Shown: positions 1 to 14,522 of the stretch, piece by piece
How the letters are laid out: each line of letters begins with the position of its first letter
Position numbering within the stretch: position 1 is the first letter of the stretch
From: Vicugna vicugna
Taxonomy: Eukaryota
Direction: 5' to 3'
DNA length: 64,000 nt
Assembly: GCA_013265495.1 (NCBI GenBank)
Contig: MU058065.1
Span: forward strand, 372,001-436,000
Translations under genes and position numbers: made by a program
The notes under the pieces: generated by a model
Databases searched by the model: none
Told to the model about the DNA's origin: nothing
The model's input: only the letters and a program-made list of their open reading frames with translations

Positions 1-39
1 GTTCAGTAAACATCTTTCCTGAAAGGTAAAAAGCACCCT

Positions 40-925
40 GACTCCTCCCACCACGAGTTAGTTTTGTCTGTTTCTGAGTTTCGTCTAAGTGGTGTAACAC
101 AGCAATAAATTTCTTTATATATGGTTTCTTTTGCTCAATATTATATTCATAAGAATCAGGCATATTGTTGTGAGTAGCAGTAGTTTATTTCCACTGCTGT
201 GTAGCATCCCATAGTATGAATATATTAACATTTACCGACTCTACTGTTGGTGGACATTAGTGTTGTTTCTGATTTGGGCTCTTATGGATGGAGATGCTAT
301 GAGCATTCTTGTACCAGTCTTGTGATGCACCTACACACATACTTCTTAGAAGTGAATTCCTAGAGGTTGAATTGGTGGATATTTTTTAGGACATGTTATC
401 TCCAAGTTTAGTAGATATTATTTTCCAAACCAGCTGTACCCATTTATATTCCCACCACCAGCATTTCAGTATTCTAGTTGCCACACATTTTAATAATGTG
501 TCACGTTCATCTTTCTTCATTTTACCCTTTGTGGTGGGTGTGTCATAGTTTCTGACTGCAATTTCAGTTTGTATATCCAGCATGAGTAATGGTCCTTAGA
601 ATCTTGTCCTCTTTGCTAATTGAGCATTTGGATATCCTCTTGTGTGAAGTGCTCATTCAAGCCTTTTGCCCATTTTTTTGGGGGGTTGTTCTATTTTTCT
701 CATTAATTTGCAGACATTAAAAAATATTTTGGAGACAAACTGTTATAAAAACCTTTTCCCTTACTGTGGGGTTGCCTTTGTAATTTCTTAATTAATTGAT
801 GAATTGAGGTTAATTCAATTTTAATAAATTAAGAAATTAATTCTTAACTTTAATATAGTATAATGTATCAATCTTATCTTGTACGGTTAGTTTTTTTTCT
901 TTTTGTATCATGTGTAAGATATTGA
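40..925 (-). mobile_element. Old L1 (L1M-type) fragment, ORF2 3' end/3'UTR, antisense
   Basis: Typical antisense L1 motifs: ttccaaaccagctgtacccatttatattcccaccaccagcat, tgtgaagtgctcattcaagccttttgcccattt; heavily diverged. Confidence 0.8.
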
Positions 926-929
926 TCAA

Positions 930-1035
930 GGAGTTGACAGGGCTGATTCTTTCTAAGGTCTGTGAGGACAATGAGGACAATATGGTCCAAGTCTCTTTCC
1001 TGGTGATCATCTTTCTGGGAGACACAATTCAACAG
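930..1035 (-). mobile_element. MLT1 (MaLR) LTR fragment with internal deletion
   Basis: gttgacagggctgattctttctaagg...gacacaattcaac resembles antisense MLT1B/C. Confidence 0.45.
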
Positions 1036-3453
1036 AGTGTGGGGTTCTCTCCGAGCAGACTGTTATCTAGAAGGGCCTATTATTTCAACTGGGAATATGG
1101 GGAAACGAGACATTTTATTATTTCATATAATGTTTGTTATCAAATTTCATCATACAATTTCTTGTCATATTTCATTGTCACGTGTGACTCTATGGACATG
1201 CTGAAGTTGAACATCAGGATAGAGCAATATGTTGTGAATGTCTGTTCGCTTTTCACTGAGTAATAATTTCTAACTTGAGCCTTTTCATATCCCTTCCAGA
1301 ATTTCCTGTAACTATTTGTATGCTAGATTTCTGTCCAAAGATAATTATGACTTCTATTATTTATTATGATTTTTAGGGGGGTTCTCATCTACAGCTGGTT
1401 ACTAGCTCCATCCACCTCCCCTTCCTTGTCACTCTGTACTTCTCAACAGCGGACAATTGGCTTCCTGATCCTATATGCTTGGACCATTGGAACTAAGGAC
1501 ATTCTCTACACCAGTGGTTCCTGTCTCCTCCACACTCCTATAATTTCTGCCAAGCTACTGGATTATGGAATTAATCTTGCCCACAGTACGGGGAATTTGA
1601 AAGGGCTCAGGCCAGCAGCTCACTGCGGCCAGTTCCATTACAATCCTGTCCCGTGGCTCTTAACACTCCTTTGTGAGCACACACCTTCCTTCCTGCACCT
1701 ACGGTGCCCAGACCTTTCAGTCCTGTGCTTCTAACCCTGAGTCCCATTCACTCCCACATTATCGAGAGCCCTCTGAGGGACTCCGCCAGACGAGAGGGCT
1801 TAGAAAAAGCAGATGTTTGCCTGTTGGGGCTGGACCGCTAAGATGTTCCTGCATGAATACTCACCTCTCAAATACCTTTGGACATTTCCTTTATAGCTTT
1901 ATAGCTGAGCCTTGTTCTCAGAATATACCTCTATGTTTTATTGCTGCCTCTAGTCCTGTCCAACCCAGAAATACTTCTCTCACTACTCTTCATTTTCTTT
2001 TTTTCCCTCTAATTTCATCACTCAAGCTCTGGGCCCAGCAGCAATGAGCATGCTCTGAAGCCCTGCCCTTGCTGCCTTTAAGCTACTCCCTCACCTGGAG
2101 TCCAGACCCCTAGACTGAAGTCTTCTGCCAGAGCCTCGGGGTTCAAGACTGGGACCTACCTACCTCCTCCCAAATGTGGATTTAGATGCCTTTGAAAGTC
2201 ACCTCTTCCAGGTGGATGGACACACTCCAGGATGCATGGAAAGGCAGCCCCCCAGTCAGGTGCTCTCCCTGGCATCTTTGCGCGATGTATAAACTGCAGA
2301 GTGGGACGGCCCTGTGCCTGGGACTCATTCTTTTTTCTTTTGCATGAATCCTGGCTTCCTTATTTGTCTTAAAAAAAAAAACCTTTATAAAGGTTTATCT
2401 CCTGCATATCCAGATCCAAGCCTCTTATGTCTGATCTACTCTGCCACTAACTTAATCACATTGGTGGATTCAGGAACAATCACAGAGCAAATGAAGTAGC
2501 CACTTAGTCATGTTGGGAGACCAGTTGGAGTTGCCAGAATCATCAGTGGGGAATTTTATGCCTAAGACGAAAAGTGCAAAGATAGATGGATCTATTGAAA
2601 GATTGGGTCCAGTTCACATTTACTATTTCAATACCCACAAGTGATTGAAGTTTCATAAAACCATAAAGGAGATGTTGACATTACTCATAACATTACATAT
2701 GTACACCTGGAATCTAGATTTTCTAATTGATTCAAGAGAAAACATTAAGGCAGCCTATCCATTATAGCAAGATCTTGGTTTATTAAATATCCGTGGTACA
2801 TTGGAGTGAACTTATCACTTTTCATGAAGGAGTGTTTCAATACAGCAATAAGAAAATGGATGCATATTAAAAAATTGGGTGCCAATAGCTGGTTCTGAAA
2901 CTCATTAAAACAAATGAAAGACTTGGAATGTTTTCTTGATTTTTTTTTTTGGCAGAAATTACACATCTACATTGCAAGTTTAATGATTCTACGCTTGTGA
3001 TTAAAACTTGAGTAATAATTTCTTTCCCATTGAAGAACGTGATAAATGCATGTAGCACCCATGATATTCAATACTTCTCTGTCATATGGTAGAATACCTG
3101 GGTGCTTAAGAGTATTAACTCCTTGGCGTAATAACCCTTGAGAATAATTTTCATCTTATGGCTCCCGTTGTGTCAATGGGGAAATAAAAATAAAAGGATT
3201 GTGTCAGGTCAGTGGCAGGATCCCAATACAAATTCAATCCGCACGTAATCCAAGCCCAGGGTTGGGGCCCCCTGTGGGGAACTGGGAGGACCTTACTGGA
3301 TTAGTGGCCATATGGACTCATGGTATCAGAATCGTAACACCTTCCCTCCCTCCCCTGCTTCCTATCCTATGGACTTGCTATGGGTGTTATTCATTTATAC
3401 GAATTTTTATGCAATTCCAATTACACAAAATTCTGCATGGAATTAAAAACACC

Positions 3454-3597
3454 TTGTTATAGCCTATAATGAAAATGAATATGAAAAGAAAAAATATATA
3501 TATATACACACGTATAACTGAATCACTATACTGTACACCAGAAACTAATACAAAATTGTAAACTGACTGTACTTTAATAAAAAAAATAAAATGAAAT
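3454..3597 (+). mobile_element. 5'-truncated lineage-specific L1 3' end
   Basis: gcctataatgaaaatgaatatg...ctgtacaccagaaactaatacaaaattgtaaactgactgtact plus A tail; probable TSD aaaaacacc (3445-3453)/aaaaagacc (3598-3606) after TT. Confidence 0.9.
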
Positions 3598-5780
3598 AAA
3601 AAGACCCCCACAAATCTTGTTCCCATTGGGCAGTGTTGTGTGTACTATTGGTGAACCACTCGGCTGGTCCTTGCTTTCCCAAACATACCAGTTGATTAAT
3701 TCATTAATGTGTATTCTCCATTCCAACACCCCTCCACCCTCAATAAAAAAACAAAAGCAAAGATAAGCCATAGGTCCCTAAATCATATTTAGGTAAAATC
3801 AAATTGAAACCCCTGACAGGAGAACCTAACCTTCGCTGATCAGTGGGTCTCACGCCCCACTCCTGTGGTCCATGGTCAGTCCAGGAGCCAGCCTAGTTGG
3901 CTCTGGGCAACTGAGCATTAAAAGATGACCCTGGTTGTCTGTTTCCCAAAGCTGGAGGGTTTATTCTTGGTTTTGCTCAGTTACCTGGCCAATCAAATAC
4001 GATTCTATTTAGAATAGCATTTTTGTTTTTTTTTCAACCTTGGCCTCTGAAGTCTTCCAGAATATTGGAAATCTGTTAAAGCAGAAACATATGTCACACA
4101 GAGAGAGGGATAGTTAAAGAAATCGGGATGGCAGAGTCAAAGATGCAAATCAAAGCCCAGGAAAAATCAATTAGACAGGCACCAAAGGTCTGTTTAGGTG
4201 ATTAACTGAGACGGAAGCGCATCTTGAGATGAATAAATTACAGGAATGTGTGAAAAAAGAAACGGAGGCACAAGAGGCTTGTGAAAGGGAGGGGAAGTGA
4301 AGAGATGTGAGAGAAGAGAGTTAATCCAGGTGATGTGCACACAGCCTCAGGATTTGCTTATTCGATTGATTAAATATGCAGAACTGTCACCAGGGCCTCT
4401 GGGTAATTGCACAAAACATGAATACAAATGGTGAACTCCCACAGCTAGAAGAGCAACAAGAGGAAGGTGGTTGCGTTCCTCATGAGCTAGTGCGCACGTG
4501 TTTTCTGGACCCCACTGTTCCTCTTGGTACTCAGTGCAGTCCATCCCTAAGCTTAATCATGCTGAACTGAGCCTTTTGGTCTCCCTCCTGCCCGGAGGAA
4601 GAGACCTGGGTTAAGCGGCCTTGCAATAATCTCTGTCATTGTATACGCTCCCCTTAGTGCTTTCGGGTACATCACGGAATCCTTGAAACAAGGTGAGAGT
4701 GCCAAGCATCATTACAGCTTTCTGGGGCTGAAAGCAGAAAGCAGAGAAACTTAGGTAGCCAAGTTCACATAGAGCCAGATGCTGCCCCAGGGCGGCCATG
4801 TGAAGTTGCACAGGTTGTGCGGTGCACAAGATTGCTGGTTAAGAGGATGAACAGGGACTGAAATGCAAAGCCTCTTCTCTTCATCACACTGTGCAGCTTG
4901 GCACGGGGCTTGTCCGCCTGGAGGTAGGGGCTTTGTTCCCTGGTTTGCAAAGGGAAGGTTCAAAGAGCAGTGACGGCCATGAGCTGGACTTGGGTCTCTG
5001 GATGCTCTGTCTCTGATTTGGTCCTGCCCAAGGTGGTTCTCTTCCTTCCCCTCTCTTATCCAATTCAGGGTCCTCCCTTCATCTCAGACTTATCAGCTTG
5101 AAAATATGACAGTGTTCAGTTATCCAGCTCTTTTAATTATTTTTCAGGATTTTTTTCCCCCCATAATAATCCTTTCAATTTTTTATTGTTCTTCACTGTT
5201 CCCAAAACAATCTTATGCAGAAATGCTTATCCTCACCTCATAGAAAACATCTCAGAAAGAATTTCTCCAGGGCACGGTGCCGGTGTGGGACAAAGCCTGG
5301 TTAGGAGGCAGATGCAAATCGCTGGTTTGTGTTCAAGCCACGGTGCCACTTTGTCCTTCCCCGCACTGACTCTGTAGCCGTCTCTCCTGGCTTCTTTCCA
5401 AGTAGCTGTACCAATTTTTACCTCTTCTGTGAATCTATTCATGACTGAATCAGATAGGCCAGTAACACCCAGTTTCTTCCATGCTGAAATTTGATGAAAT
5501 GTCCTCTTAGTGTTGGCCCAAGGCAAGGGGCCTGGCTCAATTCCTTTTGTTAACATTCCGATTTAATGCTGAGTTCCCATGGAATCTGCCACTCCTCCCC
5601 TCTCCTCCTCACATGAGCTTTTAAAGGGGCCAACTGATTCCCATCTCTATGTTTTCTTCCACCAGACTCAATCAATTCGGAAATCGTCTTTGGGGGTGGG
5701 GGCAGGGCGGGAGAGAGGAATGCATTTTATTTATGGATATAAATAAGATGTGGCTGACACCCAACACCAAATACAGTTCT

Positions 5781-6277
5781 TTTTTTTTTAATTGAAATAA
5801 AGTTGATTTACAATGTTGTGTTAGTTTCTAGTATATAGCATAGTGATTCAGTTATAAATATATGCATTATTTCTCATATTCTTTTTCATTATAGGTTATT
5901 ACAAGATACTGAATATGGTTCCTGTGCTATACTGTAGGACCTTGCTCTTTATCTATTTTATATATAGTAGTTTGTATCTGCTAATCCCAAACTCCTAATT
6001 TATCTCTCCCTCCGCCTTTCCCCTTTGGCAACCATAAGTTTGTCTTCTATGTCTGTGACTCTGCTTCTGTTTTGTAAATAAGTCCATTTGTCTCATGTTT
6101 TGAAGATTCCACATGTAAGTGATATCATATGATATTTGTCTTTCTCTGTCTGACTTACTTCGCTTAGTGTGATCATCTCTAGGTCCATCCATGTTGCTGC
6201 AAATGGCATAATTTCACTCTTTTTTATGGCTGCGTGTAGTCCATCGTATCTTCTTTGTCTGTCTGTAACGGACTCCC
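5781..6277 (-). mobile_element. L1 3' end including ORF2 C-terminus remnant
   Basis: T-tract, 3'UTR and peptide KKSEIMPFAATWMDLEMITLSEVSQTEKDKYHMISL (L1 ORF2 end); TSD acaccaaatacagttct (5764-5780)/acaacaaatgcagttct (6278-6294), 15/17. Confidence 0.95.
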
Positions 6278-9078
6278 ACAACAAATGCAGTTCTGATTAT
6301 CCACCTACCTTGTCCCAAGCTGCATAGCAGGGGGAGGAAGCCTCCTACGAGGCAGATGGACAGAGAGAAGGAAGGAAGTGCTTGCCTGAAAGGCAGGTGG
6401 CCAGGTTGTTTCCAGAAAGAGATCCATGAGTAGGGTGCCTTGTCCCTTCAACCCCTCATCCCCACCCTGAAGAGAGGCTCTGGCCACCTCCCTTCTCACT
6501 TTGGATGAGAGAATGGTTGATGGACAGAGAAGCAGGGGCTTCTTCCTGGGTCATTCCTTGGGAGGGCAGCGAGGGTGGCAGAAGAGCCAGTTTTCTGGGC
6601 CAGGGAAGGACCGTGGTGGCAGGAAGATTTGGTTCCTAGGGATGGAAAGAGTCTCAAGATGGCCTTAGGTGAACCCTTTCTCAGGGCGTCTCCGAGGGCT
6701 TCCCCGTCCCTCCCTCCCCACCGTGGAGCCTGGTGGCGAGTACTGCCTCCTCTCCAAGATCCGTCTCCTTGGCAAGACTTTTGGCATAAACTGCAGTTCA
6801 TAGAGACTGAGAAACCCTCCTGGCTGCTCAGTGTGATGGACATTCCACCCTGGGGGTATTTTTGCCAAAGACGAAGTTTACGGGGAAAGGGGAAAACTCT
6901 CTCTCTCTCTTTTTTTCTTTTTCATTTTTTTTTGGGTAAGCTATTGATGATTTTGCATGACAGTCCCCTGAAAGGAATTTTATCCCATATACATAATAAA
7001 ACAAAGAACACACCCATCATGAAATTATTTACATGTCAGTATGTTACTGGATTACTTGAAAGCCAGGAACACTGGCCTGAGACTTAAGAGATAGACTATC
7101 GTTCTGATATTGACATTAACTACCCGTGGTTTGTTGGGCACGTCTGGACATGTCCCTTAAGCACTTTGGATGTCAGTGCTGCTACCTATGCAACAGGATG
7201 GTTTTATATCTGCTGGATCCTTCCAGGCTCAACATCCCCCACATAATGAGCTCGGAGAGCTGAAGATCAGTAAGAAGGCTTCTGGTCGACTAGGTGTTAA
7301 ACACCAACCTGATCATCACCGCCATAATTTTTTTAAAGCAGTAGGAAGGAGATGAGTTTGACACAAATGCCTGGAATATCTCTAGTTGTCACCGTCTTAG
7401 CAAGAGGACCGACTGCTTCCTTATCTGGCTTACGAGTGGAGATATTTTATTCACAAACATTGTCTAATCAGAAAAGACACAATGCACCACAGAGAAAAGT
7501 GGTGGTAACAGGTTCAAAAGACTGCTGGGTGATATTTCACAGGTAAATTATCTCAGTGAACATAATCTTGATGCTGCTGGGAACAAGATTATTTCTTTAA
7601 GTCTCTGGAGCATTAAGGAAGACATTGATTTCCTGTAGATATAAATCAGCAGAGAATGTGAATATACATTGTACAGGAAAATCTATATAGGAGGAAATAA
7701 GGGAAGAGTAAATGGATTTCTTTACTGGTCAGGATGAAGTCTATGAAAGGCTATATTGTTACAGATGCCCACCCTCACTTCTCCAGGATGGTGAATAGGG
7801 GCGGCCTTACAGCAAAGAATGGGCCATGTTAATCGGACAATGTCCCTTTTTACAGAAGTGTTAAGGTAAGGAGAAAAAGCGAGACAGCCCTGAGCCAAAT
7901 TCCAGGAATATATGCGGCAACGGTTTTTTTTTTTTTCTTTAAAGTTCAAAATTGGTATTCTGCCCTTTTTTCTTTTTTAAGGAAATATTTTGAAAACTGA
8001 AACTTGTCCTGGGAATTAGTGACCAGTCAGAAGGCTTTTCTACCCTGGAAACTTGGTGGAAATCCAGTTTGGATAGATTAGCTAAGTGTTATTTCAGTTA
8101 TAGTCCAGCTTGGTTTTCGTTTTTGACATCGGGCACTTTTATTACAATTAGCCCACATTAACTTTGGCTAAGAGAAAAATATTACACCATCTGTCAGAAT
8201 TCGCAATTTGCTTGAAAGCTTGTGGCCTTCTATAAGTCTTGACAGCAGCATACAGCTTGTTCTTGCTGTCGAACCCACTGAGGATAGAGTCTGTGTCTTT
8301 CTGAATCTACTAAATAGAAGCATATCCAAATAATAAATATTTAACTCCCTTTAAAAGAAATGTTCAACTTAAAATTATAGAAAGACTCAGAAGTGAAAGT
8401 AGCTTGCATAGGCTCACGTGGTTAGCTCCTGTTCGGGGCAGGGCGCCTCTTCTCCTGATGTATGGAGAAGAACTTCCTTCGTGGTTGCTGTGATTTTGAG
8501 ATAAATGGATACTTGAGTCTCTTTCTGTTGCTTTATCGCTGTCCTCAGCTCTGCCTGCCTCTCTAGCAAACACCCCCAACTTCTAGTATTCTATACTATA
8601 GGAAGAAAAAAAACAAATGGATTACTTAAAATTATGGACAAGGCAGACATGTCTGGAAAATTCGACTCAAAAATACAACATAGAAGTAAATAGCAGAGGG
8701 GGTTATGAATGGCTGGGGGCAGCTTCCACATCACAAATGCACTGGGAAATTCCAAGCCAATTTACTGTCTGTTGAGTAGAGGAAAAACTTCTGAAAGACT
8801 GAGTTAGTTTCAGATACGTATGTAGATGTAGATGTCGCTAAAGATGAGTGTGTGTGTACACATGGACACACATACACACACTGCACTTTAAAAGATGACA
8901 CACACACTGTGCCATGGCATTGTGCATCTCCAGAGGCCACCATTCACATGAAGTACAGTGTGAATGGGGTCCGCACCCCACACCATAATTATACCACATG
9001 TTGTGCTGGACATTATACTTGAATATGTCACAGCTGTCATCACATAAATGTTTAATTTCATTAGGGATGTTTTTAAGA

Positions 9079-9275
9079 ATTTTTTTTTTCAAATTGAAGT
9101 ATAGTCAGTTTACAATGTTGTATCAGTTTCTGGTGAACAGCATAATGTTTCAATCATACACATAAATATATATTCATTTTCATATTCTTTTTCATTATAA
9201 ATTACTACAAGATATTGAGTATAGTTCTCCATGCTATACAGTAGAAACTTCTTGCTTGTCTATTTTGTATACAGT
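9079..9275 (-). mobile_element. 5'-truncated L1 3' end
   Basis: T-tract then ttgaagtatagtcagtttacaatgttgtatcagtttctggt; degenerate flanking repeat tgt(t)tttaaga. Confidence 0.9.
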
Positions 9276-10574
9276 TGTTTTAAGATTCTTCTGAAACTTC
9301 CTAATCACGTATGAGTTCTTACATTCCACTTTTTACAAGTGAAATAGTTTTGCCAGAAAGCCAGTTGTATTTAGAAAATCAGTCTAAAGTAGATGAGGCT
9401 GCTGGATTGGACGAGTCTTATTTCAGAGGTGGTTAATTTGTTATAAGTAGATTTAATGTAGATGAAACCCATTCTACTTACTGGCCAGGTAAATGGTGAA
9501 ATGAGGAAGTTCCCAAGTAGAACACAAGCTAAGACAGTTCTTCCCTTGGCACCTACTGCGTTGTTGGGAATGCCTAGTGTTAGTCTTCTCTTTGAGTCAT
9601 GGTGTTGTCTCCAGAAGGGCTCCTTGAGGGCCTTGTTAAAATTATGGTGTGCCCCACTCAAGGGGGCCAACATGTACCCCATTAACCAGTATTATTAATT
9701 CAACAAATAAGACATTATAAAGAATATGATTATTTTCTTGACAATAAGCTTTGAGTTCATGTATTACTCCACTGATGTCCAAAGAGAATTTGAACCAGTC
9801 TAAAAGAAAAAGGCTATACAAGCTTGTTCCAAAAGTATAATGATAATTATCTGGAAAGGCAGGTGATGGAGAAGTGTGTATGTTCCAACAGGGTGTTTGC
9901 ATGTGTTTAATAACTGTTGCAGAGTGTCAGCCGTGGTTTACTCTTACGTTCACTAAAAGCACGGTCTGCACAGGATGTATTCATTCATACGCTTTTATGG
10001 TCTTTCCTCCTTCTCCCCAACCTTGGAGCTACACAGTGTTCTTAGAGCCATTGCGCATTTTCCACAGTTGAGTAGAAGGTTCTGAGATGGACAAGCACCC
10101 AGTGTGTAGTCTGGCTCTTTCCTGCTTTTGTACCTATTTCCCCTGTTTAGCTTCAACGTGTTGATGTGTTTAAGGGATTCCATTTTTATGTTTTTAGCAC
10201 ACATTTGATTGGAGAGTCAGCACTTATTTTCTCTTCGGGAGCCCCTCCATGTCAATGCAAGCTCTTCCATATCAATGGAAGCCCTGTGAACAAGAGCAAA
10301 ATGCACAGGTGTGTTCCGGAGGAGGAATTAAAGATTGAGTTTATATCGGAGAAGAACACAGATTCACGGGACCGTACGTTAGAACCGCTCGCTGAAAGAT
10401 AAACATAGATTTAAGAATCAATTATGGAGACCTTAGTTCAAAAACCACAATTATATTTTTATTTACCTATATTCCTCACTGATGTTGCTATGTGTGAATG
10501 TAAGATTTATGCATATTCATTCAGAAGAATGCAGTGTGTGTAGAGGGTATTTGTGCAATGTACCCAGCATCAGG

Positions 10575-11020
10575 TGCCCCTTGCTCCTCTTTGCTGACCA
10601 TCCTCTTCCGCTCTCTGTCTTTCTGATTCAGTTAGGCTGTCATATCTGATGCCGGGTGTGGAGTCTGTGACCCACGCTTGGCCATTCAGTGCCTCAAAGC
10701 CCCTTAACTACAGTGATTACTTCAGAGATGGAAAGAACTGAGTCTAGGGAATGTGCAGGAACTATTGGGAAGAAATATTTTCTCTTCTGTGCTGGACTGA
10801 ACTTAGGAGATATGAGCCTGGAGCTGACAGGAGTCAACACATGGAGCCTGAAAATTAGAGTCAATACAGTAGGAGTCAGTCAAGAGATGGAACCTTGACT
10901 CGAATGCTTTTATTTGAACTCTTGAATCAAGCAATACCTAAAGCTAGAGCTCATGTGGACACTACCAATTACAAACTCATAACCACGAAAAAAGTTCTGG
11001 TTCAGTCTATCAGCCACGTC
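10575..11020 (+). mobile_element. Old MaLR LTR (MLT1J/K/L-like)
   Basis: gtgacccacgcttggccattcag...ctacagtgatt, gagcctggagctg, ttgaatcaagcaatacctaaagctag resemble MLT1 landmarks. Confidence 0.6.
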
Positions 11021-11191
11021 AACTTCTTAAACGTAAGCAAATGCTGATGTCCTCGGACATAAGGGAAAGTGAATATTATCTTTTATAGGATTTGTGAACT
11101 GTAATAAATTTAATTTTTATCCCATCCTTTAAAAAAATTATTGTCTTAAAGATTTTAAGTTAAATTAGAAGAAAAACTATTTTCCTGCCCT

Positions 11192-11405
11192 GAATACTAT
11201 ATATAAAATAGATAAACAACAAGATCCTACAGTATATATAGCATAGGGAACTATATTCAATATCTTGTAATAACCTATAACAAAAAAGAATATGAAAAGG
11301 AATACATACACAACTGAATCACTACGCTGTACACCAGAAATTAACACAACATGGTAAATCAACTATATTTCAATTAAAATTTTTAAAAGAAAGAAAAAAA
11401 AAGAA
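11192..11405 (+). mobile_element. 5'-truncated L1 3' end
   Basis: atataaaatagataaacaacaagatcctac...gggaactatattcaatatcttgtaataacctataa...A-rich tail. Confidence 0.9.
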
Positions 11406-12689
11406 AGGAGATAACAAAAAAACCCTGTCTTTCGGAATTCCTTCAGCTACACATAGTCTGTATTACCTTCCTAACTTTCACGGTAATTTGTACCACTTTT
11501 GTGGTAAAGTTATTTGTATACCTGTCTCATTACCATAAATGGTTTTAAGATCTTTCTGACAAAGGATGCGTGTTGTACATGTTGTAACACATTCCGCTCA
11601 CACCAGTAACATCAACTGAAGGTACCTGAGAGCACGGGTGAGGTCAGGTTACGGATGCTTGACATTCAGGAATTGAGCCAAAAAATTAGGTAAAGAAATT
11701 AGACGTGGAGCCAAGATTTACTGATAATTGAAATTAGCTGTATTTAATAGTTGACCAGCCACTAATGAAGGGGAAGAGACATATGCAGAGCCCCAGAAAA
11801 GGAGCTAATCCTCGTATCAGATAGGCTTTGTTTCAAAACCATTCAAAAACGGGTGGCTACACACAGGCATTTACCAAAAAGATTGATTTAAAAAGATGAT
11901 GGACTTTCTCTCCTTTGTCGTTGGTGTGAACATCTCTTACGCGAAACTGGTGGCTCCTTCAGTTGTACCCATAAGGCTTGGTACTCGATTAGTATTTGCT
12001 GAATGAATGGCTTCGGCATAGAATGAACGCTAGGTGGTTGCATCCCATTTTCACTGCTCACTTGAAGCATTTTCTTCTGTTCCTTCCTGTCTCTGCTGGC
12101 CATTTGGGTGGCTCATTGTGTGTGTGTATTTTGGGGTGCGTATGGCAGCAGTGTGGGGAGTTGGGGGTACTGTGAACCTTGGATCTTTCTAGAACTCTTT
12201 AATATACGAATATTTCTGCCTCATTCCTCAGTCCCCTGTGTGATCCCAGGTTTGTATATTGCATTTATATTTTATCTTAGGTCTTGGGTGAGGTATCAGA
12301 GCACAGATAGATGACTCAGATTTGGGGTGCATATTTTGGTGCCTTGGTTGCAAGCATGGTGAGGAGAATAACCAGGAGGTGCCTGTGTTCTCTGCGTTGC
12401 CACAGAGCTGGCCTTGCTCACAGGGATTCTGGCTTGGTCTATGCGAACGGAATAGCCAGACTGTGAAACAGTTTGCTTGTTTTGGCCCCTTACAATTTTG
12501 GATCATTCCATAACCCAATCAATTGTGCAGCAATTGGCTCTAAATTTGCCCAAATGTAGCCAGCTGAATACATATGCACACTTAGGTACTTGCACAGCCA
12601 CCCCTACTGTGCCAGCCTGAACATCTTGTAGGTCAGTCCAGACTCTCAGGACCTGCATGTACATCATGGGAGGCAGGAGAAAGTGGAGG

Positions 12690-12910
12690 TTCATGGCACA
12701 AGTTCTGGAGTTGGGCTGCCTGGGTTCAAGCTCAGGCTCTGTCACTTATTAGCGTGTGGCCTTGAGCATGATATTTGCCTAATATGTCTTCCGTTTCCTC
12801 ACCTATTAAGCGGGGATAGGTCTTACCTTATGGGGTTGTAGTAAAAATCGTGTAAGATAATCCATGAAAAATGCTTAGCTTACCGCCTGCCAAATGGTAG
12901 CTCTCAGGAG
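12690..12910 (+). mobile_element. MIR SINE
   Basis: ctgcctgggttcaagctcaggctctgtcacttattagcgtgtggccttgagca...gtttcctcacctattaa MIR core. Confidence 0.85.
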
Positions 12911-12928
12911 TTGTTGGCCGTCACCTGT

Positions 12929-12985
12929 GTCATCACTACCACCACCATCATCATCTGCATTATTATCATCATCAGCATCATCTCA
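12929..12985. repeat. Imperfect (CAT/CAC)n simple repeat
   Basis: tcatcactaccaccaccatcatcatctgcattattatcatcatcagcatcat. Confidence 0.75.
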
Positions 12986-13383
12986 TGAAGGACAGCTCTT
13001 TGATAACTAGGCTTGAGGAAGGTATGCTGAAGTTTGAGGAAGGAATAAGAGATTTCATGTCAGTGCGATGACCTCTAACACTTGGGGACCACATGCAAAT
13101 CAGGTTAGGATTAGGCTCTGAGCCCCTGTGGATGTATTTGCTTCTCCTCTTTGATGAGCAGCTGCCTAGACTTGGTCCTAGCTGAACAGGCCAAAAGCTG
13201 GATCATGATGTGATCACTAAAAAAGTCCATAATAATCCTTCAGTAATTTATTATGGGTAACTTTTTGATGATGAATCGTAAATATTACCTTTGTATCAAA
13301 AGACGGAAGTACACAAAAGGAATCAGAGCTTTAAAAAGGCAAGATGGGGAGACAAGTTAAGATGATCTTTCTCTCTCTGTTTC

Positions 13384-13482
13384 TCTATCATTCATCTATC
13401 TACCTGCCTACCTACCTACCTATCTATCTGTCTATCTATCTATCTATCTATCTATCCATCAGTCTAATCTATCTACCTACCA
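13384..13482. repeat. Compound (TCTA)n/(CCTA)n tetranucleotide microsatellite
   Basis: ctacctacctacctatctatctgtctatctatctatctatctatctatcc seen directly. Confidence 0.95.
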
Positions 13483-14474
13483 ATCACTGATCTTTATGTA
13501 TACTTACAAAAGCAATTTTTCCTCTTTTCTGGTTTCTCTTTTCTAATATAAATTTGGGGGATCTCTGTCACGTCTTTATATTGTAATCCCTTTCTGCTCC
13601 AGAAATGGCAACAAAACAACTCTCAGGGAGAAACGTATTCTTACATGAGCGGCTGCACAGATGTGTAGTATAATATGTGGTGGGTGCCGCTGTGAGATCT
13701 GCTGCAGAAGGCAGGGTTTCAAAAAGCTCTGGGAGACGGCTGCTTCTCCTGTCCCAAAGCCAGGAGTGGATGGAAGGAACACACCAAAACAAGTTGTCCA
13801 AATAAGTGACAACCTAGAAGCCCTTATTGCATCTTTGTGACTCTATCAGTTTGTGTTCGAACCGTGAGTTGTCCTTAAATGGAAAGCATAAACGGCAGTG
13901 ATTTCTGAGGACATCAGCTTCATTTTTCCTGTGTCCAGACTCACTCACTTCTCCTCTTCCAAACAGCAGCTCTGCCTGAGCCTAAGGCTTGACTGCTTAG
14001 AATTCCTGACTTGTTTTTCCACATTCTTCAACCCAGAAGGTATAATAGTCATAGTCATTTATGGAGGGGCCACCTTCTATTTACCTCCTGAGGAGGAGAG
14101 AGATTAAAAAAGAAAAAGAAAGAAGGAAAATGTGAGATATGGTGACAGAAGCACAGAAACAGCCAAGACACTGGGTAGAGATAGGAGAAGCTGATCCTCA
14201 TGTTCCACCTCTGGGCTTGGAAGGAAATGATAGTTCATAAATCCATGCATGAACAGCAGTTCTGCTGGGTAGTTTTTTCCCTCCTTTGGAATATTTTCCC
14301 TTTTACAGAGCTAAAAACTATTTTGCTTTCCTCTTCTCTAGGTTTCTTTCTTATTCTTGGTGGTGTTCCCTTTCAACATGTACTTCTCTTCCTCTTTTTA
14401 AAGCTTTATCTTCCTTTTGTTTGCATTCTACAGGACCTTTCTGGTTTTCACTTGCTTTCTTTAAATTGTACGCT

Positions 14475-14522
14475 TGTGTGTGTGTGTGCATGTGTGTGTG
14501 TGTGTCTGTCTGTCTGTGTCTG
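14475..14522. repeat. (TG)n/(TCTG)n microsatellite
   Basis: tgtgtgtgtgtgtgcatgtgtgtgtgtgtgtctgtctgtctg seen directly. Confidence 0.95.

Noticed and set aside
6575..7087. 170 aa ORF
   Set aside because: Non-ATG start, runs through CT/T simple tracts, no recognisable homology
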